Source of the DNA: Octopus vulgaris
Taxonomy: Eukaryota
Assembly: GCA_951406725.2 (NCBI GenBank)
Contig: OX597816.1
Location: 82,460,001 to 82,524,000, forward strand
Direction of reading: 5' to 3'
Length of the DNA: 64,000 bases
Positions within the stretch are counted from its first letter, which is position 1. Every line of letters starts with the position of its first letter. Of this stretch, positions 50,128 through 63,399 are shown piece by piece. The notes beneath the pieces were generated by a model, which made no database searches, was not told the origin of the DNA, and saw only the letters and a list, made by a program, of their open reading frames with translations. Made by a program: the position numbers and the translations under genes.

Positions 50128-52102
50128 ATGGTGTAGCAGCACCATAGTCAACTGCTACAAAGGTAAAGGTGACAATTTAGATACAAATAATTACAGAGGT
50201 ATCAAGTTGTTGGATCAGGTAATGAAGGTCACGGAAAGGGTCATAGTTCAACTTATTAGGGAGAGAGACAGTTTAGATGAAATGCAGTATGGGTTCATGC
50301 TCTATTTCTGGTAAGACACCGGCAAGAGAAATACCTAGCCAAAGATAAACCACTGTACCTGTCTTTTGTTTACATGGAGAAAGCCTTTGACAGGGCCCCC
50401 CAGTCCCTTATCTGGTGGTCAATGAGGAAACTAGGAATAGAAGAATGGTTAGTGAGAGCTATTCAAGCCATATACAGGGATACTATCAATAAGGTGAGGG
50501 TTGGCAACGAGTACAGTGAAGAATTCCAGGTAGAGGTAGGGGTCCACCAAGGTTCAGTCCTCCAGGCAATAACGGAGGAATTCAAGACAGGATGCCCCTG
50601 AGAATCCTCTATGCTGATGACCTTGCACTAATTGCTGAGTCACTATCAGAACTAGAGAAGTTTCAGGTGTGGAAGCAAGAAGTAGAATCAAAGGGTCTTA
50701 GAGTCAACCTAGCAAAAACCAAAGTCCTAATAAGTCGGAAGGCAGACAAACCACAAATCCCTTCAGGCTCAGTCTGTAGAAAAGGCGTAGGTAGAAACTC
50801 TATAAGATGTACCCAGTGTAAGCTATGGACACATAAGAGGTGCAGCAATTTCAAAGGAAGGCTAACTGGGAAGATAGTTTTTGTATGTGGCAGATGCTCA
50901 GGAGCAATAAACACTGAAAATGTGCAGAGAACAACTTCTGCTACATTCCGAGGAGAAAAACTAGAAGTAGTTGGTAGATTCGGTTACCTAGGTGACCAAG
51001 TCAGTAGTGGGGGTGGATACCCTGAAAGTTTAGCTGCTAGAATAAAAATAGCCTGGACAAAGTTCAGAGTGCTCCTACCTCTGCTTGTGACAAAGGGCCT
51101 CTCTCGCTCAGAGTAAAAGGCAGACTGTATGATGCGTGTGTACGAACACCCATGCTACATAGCAGTGAAACATGGGCTGTGACAGCTGAAGACATGCGTA
51201 AGCTTGCAAGGAATGTAGCCAGTATGCTCCGCTGGATGTGTAATGCCAGTGTGCATACTCAACAGAGTGTAAGTACCTTGAGAGAAAAGTTGGACCTAAG
51301 AAGCATCAGATGTGGTGTGCAAGAAAGATGACTGTGCTGGTATGGTCATCTGGTGAGAATGGATGAGGATAGCTGGGTGAAGTGTCACACCCTAGCAGTT
51401 GAGGGAACCTGTGGAAGAAGTAGACCCAGGAAGACCTGGGATGAAGTGGTGAAGCACAACCTTCGAACATTAAGCCTCACCGAGGCAATGACTAGTGACC
51501 GAGGACATTGGAAATATGCTGTGCATGCGAAGACCCAGCAAGCCAAGTGAGATCATAAGCCATGGCCTATGTAAGTGGTGTAACCAGCCCACTTATGCAT
51601 ATCATTCCTTCATTGAACACTAAACTTTACTTGCAAAGACCTGTTGAGGCAAGTGAAATCGAAATCAAATTTGAAGACAGCACCGCATGACTGGCATCCG
51701 TGCCAGTGGAGCGCTAAGAGCACCATCCGAGCGTGATTGTTGCTAGGGCCACTGACTGGCTCCCATACCGGTACCACATAAAAAGCACCATTCGAGCGTG
51801 ATCGTTACCAGCATCACCTTACTGGCACATGAAAACAACATCCAAGTGAGGTCATTGCTAGTGCCTCTGGACTGGCTCCTGTGCAGGTGGCATGTAAAAA
51901 ACACCATTTGAGCGTGGCCGTTGCCAGTACCGCCTGACTGGCCCTCATGCCAGTGGCACATAAAAGCACACGCTACACTCTTGGAGTGGTTGGCGTTAGG
52001 AAGGACATCCAGCTGTAGAAACTCTGCAAGATCAGATTGTAGCCCGGTGCAGTCATCTGGATTGCCAGTCCTCAGTCAAACCGTCCAACGATGATGATGA
52101 TG
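50128..52102 (+). mobile_element. 5'-truncated RTE LINE with disrupted reverse transcriptase
   Basis: NNYRGIKLLDQVMKVTER, MEKAFDR, GVHQGSVL, LYADDLAL, GLRVNLAKTK, FGYLG, RPRKTW; stops, frameshifts and deletions; (gat)n tail. Confidence 0.95.
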
Positions 52103-52115
52103 AAATGTGTGTGTG

Positions 52116-52149
<34 letters not shown>

Positions 52150-55100
52150 TATACAGTATACAGTCATGTACGTGAGTATGCTTGTGTGTTCCTTTGTCTA
52201 CACGTGATGATTGTAAATGAGCATCAATATCATACAAACAAGGTTATCAGTTTCAAGCCTTTCATGAAAAAGATGTCTAGCTATGAGAAAATATTACCTT
52301 GTTTGGGAATAAGTGAGTGTTGGTGACAATAAGACATCAGGCCACAAAAAAATCTACCTCAACATATTCTGACTGACCCATCAGGGTGACTGACTGCACT
52401 GCTGTGCCCATTCAGTCATCACTTGGTTCAGAATTATTTTCACTAGTTTTACTATAATTATTGCCATGTTCATTCCCTTCACCAAAAACTTGTACTATGA
52501 TCTAATCAGCTGATATATGCCTCTCGACTACTGGTGATTTAAATCTATAAAAATTAGAAAAATTCAGGTAAACATACACTTGTAATAAGAGCTGTAGGTG
52601 ATATGAAACAAAGCTAGCAGGTTGCTAGGCAATTTGCTTATGAACTAGGACATTAGTAGTCAGAGATTAGCCACTTGTATCTTGGGTACAATAATATTGC
52701 AGCTGATAATTCAGTTTTTTCATGTTCAAAGGGTAAATAATTGCAGAAAATCAGCAATAATCTGTAAATTGAAGTAAATCAAATTTGAAGAACCACAAAC
52801 ACCAAATGATATCAGAACTTTTCCACATTAAAGCATATGTTTTTCTTAATTCCACATAAATAATTTTAAGTTGAAAAAAAGCCTCTTTAACTTGTTATTT
52901 TGCTCTATAGTACAGTTAAAATTGAAGACTAATTAACCCAAGTTTCATTTTATAATTTCATAAACAAGTAGCAAATGGTAACACATTCATACACACACAC
53001 ACACACATAAATCCTTTAAAATATAAATACATACTTAGTCATTTGGTCCCTTATTAAAATTGTACAACTATAGCATGTAAGTTTATTGCAGAACTAAAAT
53101 ATAATTAAAATTTTAAAAAATGAAATAGAAACAATCCCTTTTTTGTCATTTCAGTTATACTTTCTACTATACACAACAGTAGCATCAAATGCATTTCAGG
53201 CACAAGAAGTTTGGTACACTTCATGAGGACAGAAATGCAGGCCTGAACTCGCCACCTCACTTTTTTCTTTCCTTGCATAACATTAATTACCACATTGATG
53301 GCAAGATCCCCCACCACCATTCCCTTGTAGTGTATCCAGAAGATTATTTTGACATACAAGTGTGACACTAGTTACTACAGTCAAGATGACACTTGTGTAG
53401 AAATCTTTCAACAGCATCATAGAAGGTAAAACAAGTTAAGACACATGTTCTTGGCTTGACATTTAGAAGGATACACATTCTGGTAAGATTCTGTGGTGCT
53501 ACCTTAGGATGCAGTCTACCTCACTTATAGTAAAATGTTTCATTATAGTAGAACAAAAGTGAGAGTAAAATTAAACAAGTACTTTTCAGAATTTCATCAT
53601 TTCCATTTTTTTAATTTATTTTCATTTCAAATCTATTTCTCTGAGGTAGACTAAAAGCTAAAGTAGCACTACAAATAGAATCTACATTTGGACATTTGCA
53701 ACTCCCAACCAGGTGAAATAGTGAAATGGACAAGTACATTCAGTACATAGATCTCAAGTTAAAATCATATAGTAATCATTTCATTGCATTTTGGAGTACT
53801 GTTAATTCCATCTCAGTTTCCCTCAGTTAAAATAAATACCAGCTCTAGGAATGTTGCCAGCAAACTTGCATCTCAGACAATCATCACCCTTTAAATACAA
53901 TGAAAGCATGGTTAGGCACTAATTCTGATAACTGTTAAGAAAAGTTATAGTTTCATATGATTAGACATAAAGACCCCAGAAATAAAAATATTCCTTATGC
54001 CGTTAGTAGTGAAACTATTTTGCAGTTTAGTTCTCTGGGCTATTACCTTTCCTCTAAGACAGAAAAAATATCAATTCATCATCAGCAAATTCTATATTCA
54101 GTCCTGAGTATATGCCTTCTCTAAAACCTAGAGTTTCTAAAAGAAAATGAGTATTGCAGCATTTTTATTTTCATAATTGCTATATATGTAAATAAAACAG
54201 CTCCAACTTGGAGTCAAAAGTGCACAACAGAGTTCATTCTCTTGGAAAGTTACTACCAGTTCGAGTTACCCAAACCGTCATGGATATGGAAAGAAGAGTA
54301 TAAGCAGAACAATGCATAATAAAGGCATCGTAGCTACAAGCTAGGAAACCAATGTGGAAAAATAAACATGAAAATGTTTATCATCTTATGATATATGAGT
54401 TATATGAATCTGTATATACTAAATGCCCATTTGTTGAAATTTCAGTTATTGTTTATAAAATTCATAAAATGTGTCATAAGATATTTTACAAAATTTTTGC
54501 CAAAAAACAATCTTTAATTTCCTCAGACTAGTTTTTCTGTATTCGCCTTTCATAGTAAGTCTTAAGCATTCGCCTGAAATTGTTACAATTTCCACGTTTC
54601 CATGTCACAATCATTCTTTTCATGCACAATATAACAGTTTTGATCAATGAAGAAAGAAACCCTGCAAAATCTTCATAGAAATATATCATGTAATTCATTA
54701 AATGAACAAAAAGTAGCTGCAATTCAAGTGAAATTAGATGGGAATTCAAATGCTGCTTACATAAAGAATGAATTAGTAAGCTTGAGAAACAATGAAAGTG
54801 GATAGAAATGAATGTTAGATCAGGAACCAGTAAATACTATTTCTTCATGGCTTGTCTCAGTTCTAGAGAAGCCACTGAATGATAACACTTTACTAATATT
54901 AAGTGAAAACAGTTCAGGATGTGAAGTGTTAGAAGAAAACTGTTTGCAAACTTAAGCCGATGTTATGTACTTCATTATAATAGGCACTGAAATTGTTCAG
55001 AATAAAAGAGTATTTGAGTCAACAATTAACTAAAACAAACCTACTTTCATTTTGTAATTGATAGAGTAGATGCATTTTTGTTCTAAATAATTCAAGCAAC

Positions 55101-55477
55101 TGGTAATTAGTAAATTTTGAATGTACAATGAAGATCTTCTGACAAACATAACTTACAAGTTCAAAGCTTAGTCATGTTCACTTAATATGCAACTTAACAG
55201 ACATGAAATGCTAAACCCCATAATCAAAGTTTACATATCTTTGGTATAACCTTTGTACCTACTATTTTCATGTACAGTCAAGCAGTGATTATTTTGAGAG
55301 GCACTTTTAGTTTTTAGATACTGTAAGGAGTAAATAACTTCCAAATTTTATACAACATATATGTATGATGTATTTAAATGGTATAACAATACACTCAAAC
55401 AGTGTAGTTATACACTCAAAATTCTTTCAAATTTACAGTAACAGCAAAACATATAAAGTAACCGAATACCTCTAAGC

Positions 55478-55624
55478 CAGTTATGGGTAAACTGCAGCCC
55501 ACAGGACATTTTGAAGTGCATGCCTAATGAAAAATTACCTTAAAGTTTTTTAAGTGGTATGACCTGCCTAGTGATGAGCCATGACTCATGCAGCCTGCTT
55601 CACCAAAAAGATTGCCCATGCTTG
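55478..55624. mobile_element. hAT (Charlie-like) MITE, 147 bp
   Basis: TIRs cagttatgggtaaact / agattgcccatgcttg; 8-bp TSD ctctaagc (55470-55477) vs ctctaatc (55625-55632). Confidence 0.8.
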
Positions 55625-57599
55625 CTCTAATCTATTTAATTTATAACTGCTACATTTCAATGCTTTTATGTTGGTTCGCCCACCCACCTCCCAATGCAGT
55701 GGGGGTTAGATGTATTACTGTTCAATAACAAAGTACCTCTTCATATGCTTCAGTCATCAATAGGAAGGTCAATGTCCTTAGATCTGACTTAACTTCTTTA
55801 TATAAGTTTTGTTTGATCTATCTCATTCACACACCATTTCTTGATACCTCCATCAACCTGCACCTAAACCAACATTGCAATCACTTCTACAATAGCAATC
55901 AAGATTTGATTCTCAGCTACTTTTCCAGCTCATTTGTGTGCCCCTAATAATATATGAAAACCTGAATCAAAAACAGTTGTGATACAAAATAAAGTTAAAG
56001 ATGATATAAAACTCAGCATTTCTTATAAGGAAACATGATCTTACAGTTAGTTTGTAAATCCAAATTAAAGAATTAATACCTACTACAAACTTTCAGGAAG
56101 AAGAAATCTAAATGCAGACAAAATTATATCAACAGGGAAATACAAGCTGTTGTTTTTAATTGAAGCTTAAACTATAGCTCTAAAACACTGGAATAAACAG
56201 AGTTAAAAGCTCAATTAAAAGGATTCTGTAACTAATGTCTGATCAATAAGAGTAAAATGTTTCAGTAAAGAATGATTTTTGTACTCTAACAGGTTTACAT
56301 TTTGAATGTAATATGAATGTGCATGGTCAATCATTGTTGGGAAGTATCGATTTAGATTAACATAGCAAGTTTCAGGAAGGAGGGGGTACTTTTTATGCAT
56401 AGTATTATGTTCATGATAACATATCCATGCTGCGATGATGTCATACAGTTATGAAAGATAGTGGCACCCAATGATAATTAGACCATCACCAAACAGTGAT
56501 CATCATTTAAAGTAAATTCATTCATTATATTATAGAATCTGATTGTAACTGAATTGTCAAATGGACATTATAAATTACAATATAACTAGAAACTATGTAG
56601 CAAGGAAAAGAATAACATATTTGAACAAATCTTGTGTTTCTGTGTCACTTAATATAAAAGTATTTAAATTTATTTACTCCTAAATGAACTATAATAGTAT
56701 CACAATATTTTGAAAGCTCTCACATAATTTGATAAAAGTTGAACAAGTGCCAATGAACCACAAAATGTTTAAATCCTTAGGTATATCTTTGGTCAGAAAA
56801 ATATTTACACAACTAATATTTATATGGCACAGCTTTACCATCAACACTAACCAAATGCTTCATGATTACATAGTCAGTTTGTTTTCATGTTGAAGCTTCA
56901 ACAGGATTCAGTAAAATCAATGGAAATGTAATGAACAGTTGCTGAAATTCACACACAAAATAGAAAATGTCAAAGTAATATCAATTCAATAATTGTATAT
57001 ATAAAACTACATCAAGTATGCCACTTTTTTTTTTTTTTTTTTTTTAGCACTCATTCACAAACACAGGGTTTCATGTCTACAGTAGCTTCTATTGGGTTAG
57101 GAAGTAGGATATCAAAGTAAATTACTTCAATGCTTTAATAAATTCAAGTGTTCAAAATCTGAATATACAACTTAGTGAAGTTAATGACATTATCCTAGAT
57201 TATGGCTAAACATTTGAGACAACCTAAGTTGGTATTAGCAATCAACCATCAACATAGGCCAATGAGTGAACCTGCTTGTTTAGCACAGACCTTGCAAAGC
57301 AAAGTGTAATCCCAGTTTGTATCTTGGGACTTAATGAGCTAATCTGTCAAATACCAGACTGAAGTAAGCAACTTTGTATTAAAAACATTTAGAGTAACTA
57401 CTAGCAAAAATCAATAGAAAGAGCCAGCAATTTCTAACTTTTCATATTATCATAATCATCATCATTACTACAACTACTACTATTGCAAAATCAAACTGAC
57501 ATCAGAAAACCAGGTTTGAAGAATCTTATCCCATATTTACAGATAACAAAATCAAGTAAAACCACTGACAACAGACTAAACTTTTTTACATAAATTACT

Positions 57600-58030
57600 A
57601 AGGCATGACTGTATAGTTAAGAAATTCACTTCCCAACCACAAGATTTTGAGTTCAGTCCCACTGTGTGCACCCTGGGTAAGTGTCCAGTACAAACCAAAG
57701 CCAATCAAAACATTGAGTAAATTTCATAAATGGAAACTGAAAGAAGCCCATCGTACGTCGTGTATACATGCATATATGTGCATAAGAATATTTGAGTCTC
57801 CTTGTTTCAATATCACATGATATAAACAAGTCACCATTTTACAAGTTGTTGCTGCTCATTTCCAACCTTCGTGGTAAAATGTGCAGCCAGGAAAGTGGTG
57901 GTGGGGGGGTACCTTGCTAGGAAACAGGTGAGGATTGGCAACAGGAAGGGAATCTGTCAAAGAAAATCTGTTTCAATGAATACTGTCTAACCCATGCAAG
58001 CATTGAAAAGTGAACAATTAAACAATGAAT
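57600..58030 (+). mobile_element. tRNA-headed SINE with RTE-like tail
   Basis: ggcatgactgtatagttaagaa..gttcagtcccactgtg..ggaaactgaaagaagcccatcgta..ggcaacaggaaggg..cccatgcaagcattgaaaagtg. Confidence 0.75.
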
Positions 58031-58499
58031 GATTAACAACAATTTAAAAGCTATTTACTAAAATGATCACGATTGTAATATAAATCTCAAAAGTGCAATT
58101 TTTGACATTCTGTAATCTTGGATCTTGTTACAAGAGTCAACAACCTACTAATTGCAAAAAGAAACATCCACTTTTTTTTTCTGTTGTTTTTATTAATTTG
58201 TAAATTATGATAATGATTTTATAAATGAAATGGATCTGCTAATATGTCATTGAGTTTTAAATCTTATCTCATGTGTTCTATATTATGAAACCTCTCATTA
58301 AAACATTTTATTACACTTAACATTACTTATTTAAAGGAATGAAATCAATGACACTAAAAAAAGTAAATAAAAATTTTACAAAACAGACTAATAAAAAGGA
58401 ATTATTATGCAGTATCTCACTCTACTCAATGCTATAGCTGTCTATATCTCCTTTGAAGATCTTGGTTTCAAATCAGGAATCACAAGCAACAAAACCCCC

Positions 58500-58775
58500 T
58501 GGCATAGAAAATAGCCTGAGACCCTAAACCTAAGGTGCAACATAAAAAGCATTGGTGTGGATGCTGGTATAATGTAAAAGGCCCTGGCGAGGTGCCACAT
58601 AAAAAACACTCAGTATACTCTGCAAAGTGGTTTTAGCTTTAAGAAGGGCATCAAGCTGTAGAAACCCAACTAAAAACAGACTATGAACCTGGTGCAGCCC
58701 CTGGCTTTGCCAGTTCCTGTCAAGCTGTCCAGTCTATGCCAGTATGGAAAACAGAAGGTAAATGTTGATAATGAG
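58500..58775 (+). mobile_element. Degenerate RTE 3' tail
   Basis: aagaagggcatcaagctgtagaaac..cctggtgcagcc..atgccagtatggaaaacag matches the common RTE tail. Confidence 0.65.
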
Positions 58776-61700
58776 ATGCAACAAATATGGCTTTGATGCC
58801 TGTCAAGCCACTAAGTTTAACCCAAGTAAATTATATCAGACAAATGAGTCTCATCTCACTTTTCAATAACTATAGTGAGATAAAACACACAAAAAACAAA
58901 AAAAAAACAAGAAAAGCAAAATAGTATGTCAACATACACAAGTAAAAATTAAATAAGAACAAAAAGTATTAAAAGAACAAGACAAGTTTTATTTCAAAAC
59001 TCATTAAAATAATTATAAAAAACTGTTTAAATGCAAGGAAAATAGAGAAATATTACATTTTGTTTTTCTTTTGAGAACTGAGAAAAAAAAAGTGGGCATT
59101 TTGGAGAGTAATCCAATTATAGCTTGTTACGCAAGAACAATTTTATTATATTTCTTTAAGTTTGAAAACAAGAAAGTAGAAATGGAAGATTTGTAATATA
59201 GCAACTAAAATAGGATTTATGTGGATGAATTTATATAAATATGCTCTACAACAGAGAAACAAAGAAATACAATAGAATGGCATAAGCTGGAGAAAACTGC
59301 ACAAACATTTCTCTTCATTTCACCAATAATTTCAATGGAATACAGTAAGGAAATTTCATAATATTCAATATTTATATTGTTAAAATACATTATCTGTGCT
59401 ATCTTAAAAAGAAACCAACTCAGAAAATTATCTAGTAAGTGTACACGTTTTTTTTTTAATCTTTACTGATTCTGTCTGATAAATTCTTAGCCAATAATGA
59501 GAAAGATGTAATTAAACCTTTAATGCTACAATTTTCAAGATTTCTTAAACATCCAATACATTTTGTAAGAACTTATTCAGTTGTAACTTTTTTCTAACTG
59601 CTGAACTGCTGAGAGAAGACAACTAAAAATGATGATTCAATGTCACAAGTGTAATGATAACAAAAAGACAGAACAGTAAGATAAGCACAGATATGAGTAC
59701 AGTAGACACTAACCTACAATCACTGAGAAAAATTTTAGAGGAAAAAATTTTCCACAGCAACAAGGTATTTCAGGGGAGCTTATTTATGCATTCATTAAAA
59801 TGTTTTCAGCAACAATTTGATTAACATTAAATTAAAATAATTATATAATGAAATTGATAAATCACTATAATTATTCTTGAAAAATATATAAATAAAATGT
59901 AACTGGAATGCAATATTTGCACTGAATCCATGGCAAGAGTGATCAACATACACCAGTACTTAGTTTCAATCATTTAATTTGTGTAAAGAAATTTTATAAA
60001 TAGGATTAAAATGAAACGGAATTATGTGACGGTGATAGAGTGACAGTGGGTGATAATCTTTGGTTGAATGCAATAAACTATTTAGTCCTGATGTGCCTAG
60101 TTATTCACAAAGTTACTTTGATATCTACTGACAGACTAAGCCTGAGCACAGACTCCTAATTTATTTCCTAATTAAATATGGTATCAATGAATCCATTTTT
60201 TGTAACTGATAGTCTTCCTCCCACCCTCCACATATATATTTCCAATTTAACCACAATAAGAACCATAAAGCCAAAAGAAAAATTGAAAATATTAAATGTG
60301 CCAAAGAAAGCAAGAATCCTAGGCATTTTGGTAGTTGTAATCTGGCTGAATCCATGATTTGAAATATTAAATACGTTTTATAAAGTAAGTTTTAATAACA
60401 TCCTTTAAAAAATTCAAAAATTGAACAACTAGAGAGTAAAGTTTACATAATGATACAGCCCTAAAACAAATATTGGGGTTGCTTTACCATCAAAGCATTT
60501 AGAGCTGAAAATCTGAATTAAAATGTGAATAGTGTTCTTGTAATTATATTTATAGCTAGCAAAGGTTACTTTAATAAATTAATAAAATGACAGTTTCATA
60601 GTAGAGGTAAAGAAACCATGAATGCTAATAACATAGCTACAATTGCATTACCAAAGGAGTTGCAAATTAGGAATTTAGAAAATTAATGTAGTCCAACAAC
60701 CAATTTTTTATACAGATGAAAATGATTTTCATGTAAGCGTACGCCATTGTCATAATCATCCTTTTACATCTACTTCCATGCTGGCATAGGTTGGACCCAT
60801 CATTATGGCCTGAATCTCTATTATTATTCTAAGTTAGTAACCCTTCAAGATGGGTCAGGTGGTCACATCATTCTCATTATAACAGGCTTCTAATCAACAA
60901 AACACAAACATGCTTTTTTGGTATGTACCCATGAACTTGCAGCCTATTTACTTACTGCTCATCATACTTATTTAAAAGGCGCAAACAAGTATAAAAAGTT
61001 AAAATTTCCAACATAAAATTATATTACATATTTGAAACAGGACCAATTTGAAACAGAAAATAGAATGTCTGGTTATTAAACTGCTAAGAAGAGGATGTTA
61101 AAATCTAGTACATCGTTTCAAGTTTGGCATATTATTTCATTGAAATTTATATCCAAAGTGTTGCTTATTCTATTTGTCACTGGAGACCTAAATCAAACTG
61201 ATGACCAAACTTAAAAATCAATTATGTGCAATTTACCTTCTAATGAAATCTCACTGGTAGAAATTAGATATAAAACTGCATTAACTGTTCATCAGTTTGA
61301 ACTTAAATCCACTATTTATTTCAGAAGAATAGATCAGTTATGAAAGGATAATAAATTTAGAAATGTTACCCTAACTGCTAAGATATTTGCTCAATGCCAT
61401 GAAACCAGAACAAAGTATTGATCCTTAAAACCTCCTCAGAAATTTTCTTTTTTCTTTCTGCAATTTTTTTCACATCCGGACAGTTAAAAAATATTACTGC
61501 ACTCAAAATATACTTCCATAAATGGCCCTATCCTAGACTCTTGGTGAAACATATGACCTTAGAAAGCTTAGCTATAAACCTAAATGTCAATAGTGTGAAT
61601 TCTGTAAAGTGAATATATTGTAATACTGTTGAATGAAATTAAATTCCTCCATGAAAAAAGTTTTAATAATTTTAGGGAACACCATTTTTCTCTGAAACTG

Positions 61701-62179
61701 TTTCCCTAAGTTATCCCATCCCCACTATCTTTTTTCTTGTTTTTCAAAAATTCATCTCATCTAGCAAGATAACTTGTGCAAATGATTAAATATTTAGGAT
61801 TCACAAATAACAGTTGCAAGTCATCACTCATGATTACTATTGAAATACTTTGAAGGAGCAATATGACTTGTAAGAATTTGCCCAGCTTCTCTGATAATCT
61901 CATATGAAATGTTATATTGATGTAAAAAAAAAAAAAAAGAAGTTGGTTGAGAGAGCTCTGATGATGTTGAGGGAAAAGATCATATTGCTGTGGAACTAAA
62001 TATAGTAGCCCTAAACCAAATACTGAGAGCTTGCTTAGATAATCAAGAGGTTGACAAATGAAGTGAAATGCAAATTGTTATATGCTGAAAACTTGCACAA
62101 GGAACATTACATAGAAATCACATCAAAATATGAATAAGAGTTTTAGAATGGATCATCTTTGTCACAATTTGATTTCTCA

Positions 62180-62420
62180 GAGGCATGTAAAAAGCACCAT
62201 TCGAGCATGGCTGATGCCAGTGCTACCCGACTGGCTCCCGTACCAGCAGCAGTAAAAAGCATCCACTACCCTCTCAGAGTGGTTGGCTTTAGGAAGGGCA
62301 TCCAACTGTAGAAATCTTGCCAGAACAGATTGGAGCCTGAGGCAACCTTCTGGCTTGCCAGTCCTCAGTAAAACCGTCCAACCCATGTCAGTATAGAAAG
62401 CAGACATTAAAAGATGATGT
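62180..62420 (+). mobile_element. RTE 3' tail fragment
   Basis: ggcatgtaaaaagcaccattcgagc..gagtggttggctttaggaagggcatcca..aaccgtccaacccatg matches 51880-52100. Confidence 0.8.
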
Positions 62421-63399
62421 CATTTGAGAATAGTCTTTAGTTTTGCAAGTAAATGAAGTATTTATGAAAAAAAAAAAGTTAGAGCCCATAAAAATTATGG
62501 GGTTTATTGAACATGGAATATAGAATAAATTATGCAAAAAGACTAAGAGTGTAATATAAGCTTATATGGAGTTGAACTGATGGTAGAAATAAGAACAATT
62601 GAGAGAGAACAATTCTGAATGCATAAGTGTAAAGTGAACTATTAACCTAATTATTCTTTTGCTTAAATATCTTAATACATACTTATGTATATCTTAATAA
62701 TTACAATTGTGACAATATTTTTTCAAGTACAGACTTATAAAACTATACTGGAAGGAAGATGGTTAATTTCACCTTATCATCAAGTTTGTTTAGTACAAGG
62801 ACCTTGGGTGTGTATACATGTATAAGTGTGACACTCCTACAATATAAAACCAACAAGCAAAAAGTGGCATAGGCTTGTATGTGGGTAGAGAGGAATGTTC
62901 TAATGTTTTGATTATTTAAAATTGTACTGAAATCCATAAAAATGTTAAGTGTTCTTCAGGAATCCAATTCGTATATATTGAACACTTCTTGTATGTGAGT
63001 GAACGAGGGTGCCTCTACATGGTTGCTCAAACTGATAAGAATAGTCATATTTTCTATTCTCACCCTACTGTTTTTAGCAAAAAAAATCCATGACACACTA
63101 TGCAGAGAAAAAAAATAGCTGGTTACAGCTGCAATGCCTTTCATCATGACCGTTTCGTTAAACACAGTAACAACTTCCTGTATTAAAATTATGAAGGTAA
63201 AAATAAATTTAGAGATGGGAAAAGAGACAAAACAAAAGGGGGGGATAAGATTATCAAAATCAACTTTTCCCTTTCGATCTCTTCAAATAACTATGGCGGT
63301 TTCAAATCTTGTTTCCAACTCAAATGAGGTGAATGTTTTTTTGTTGTTTTTTTCCTAGTTGCATCTAATTTGTAACTGCTATAATGCAAACATCATTAT

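Noticed and set aside
54528-54749. 73-aa minus-strand ORF with an internal ttgcag acceptor-like site
   Set aside because: No homology recognised and no matching donor; not supportable as an exon.
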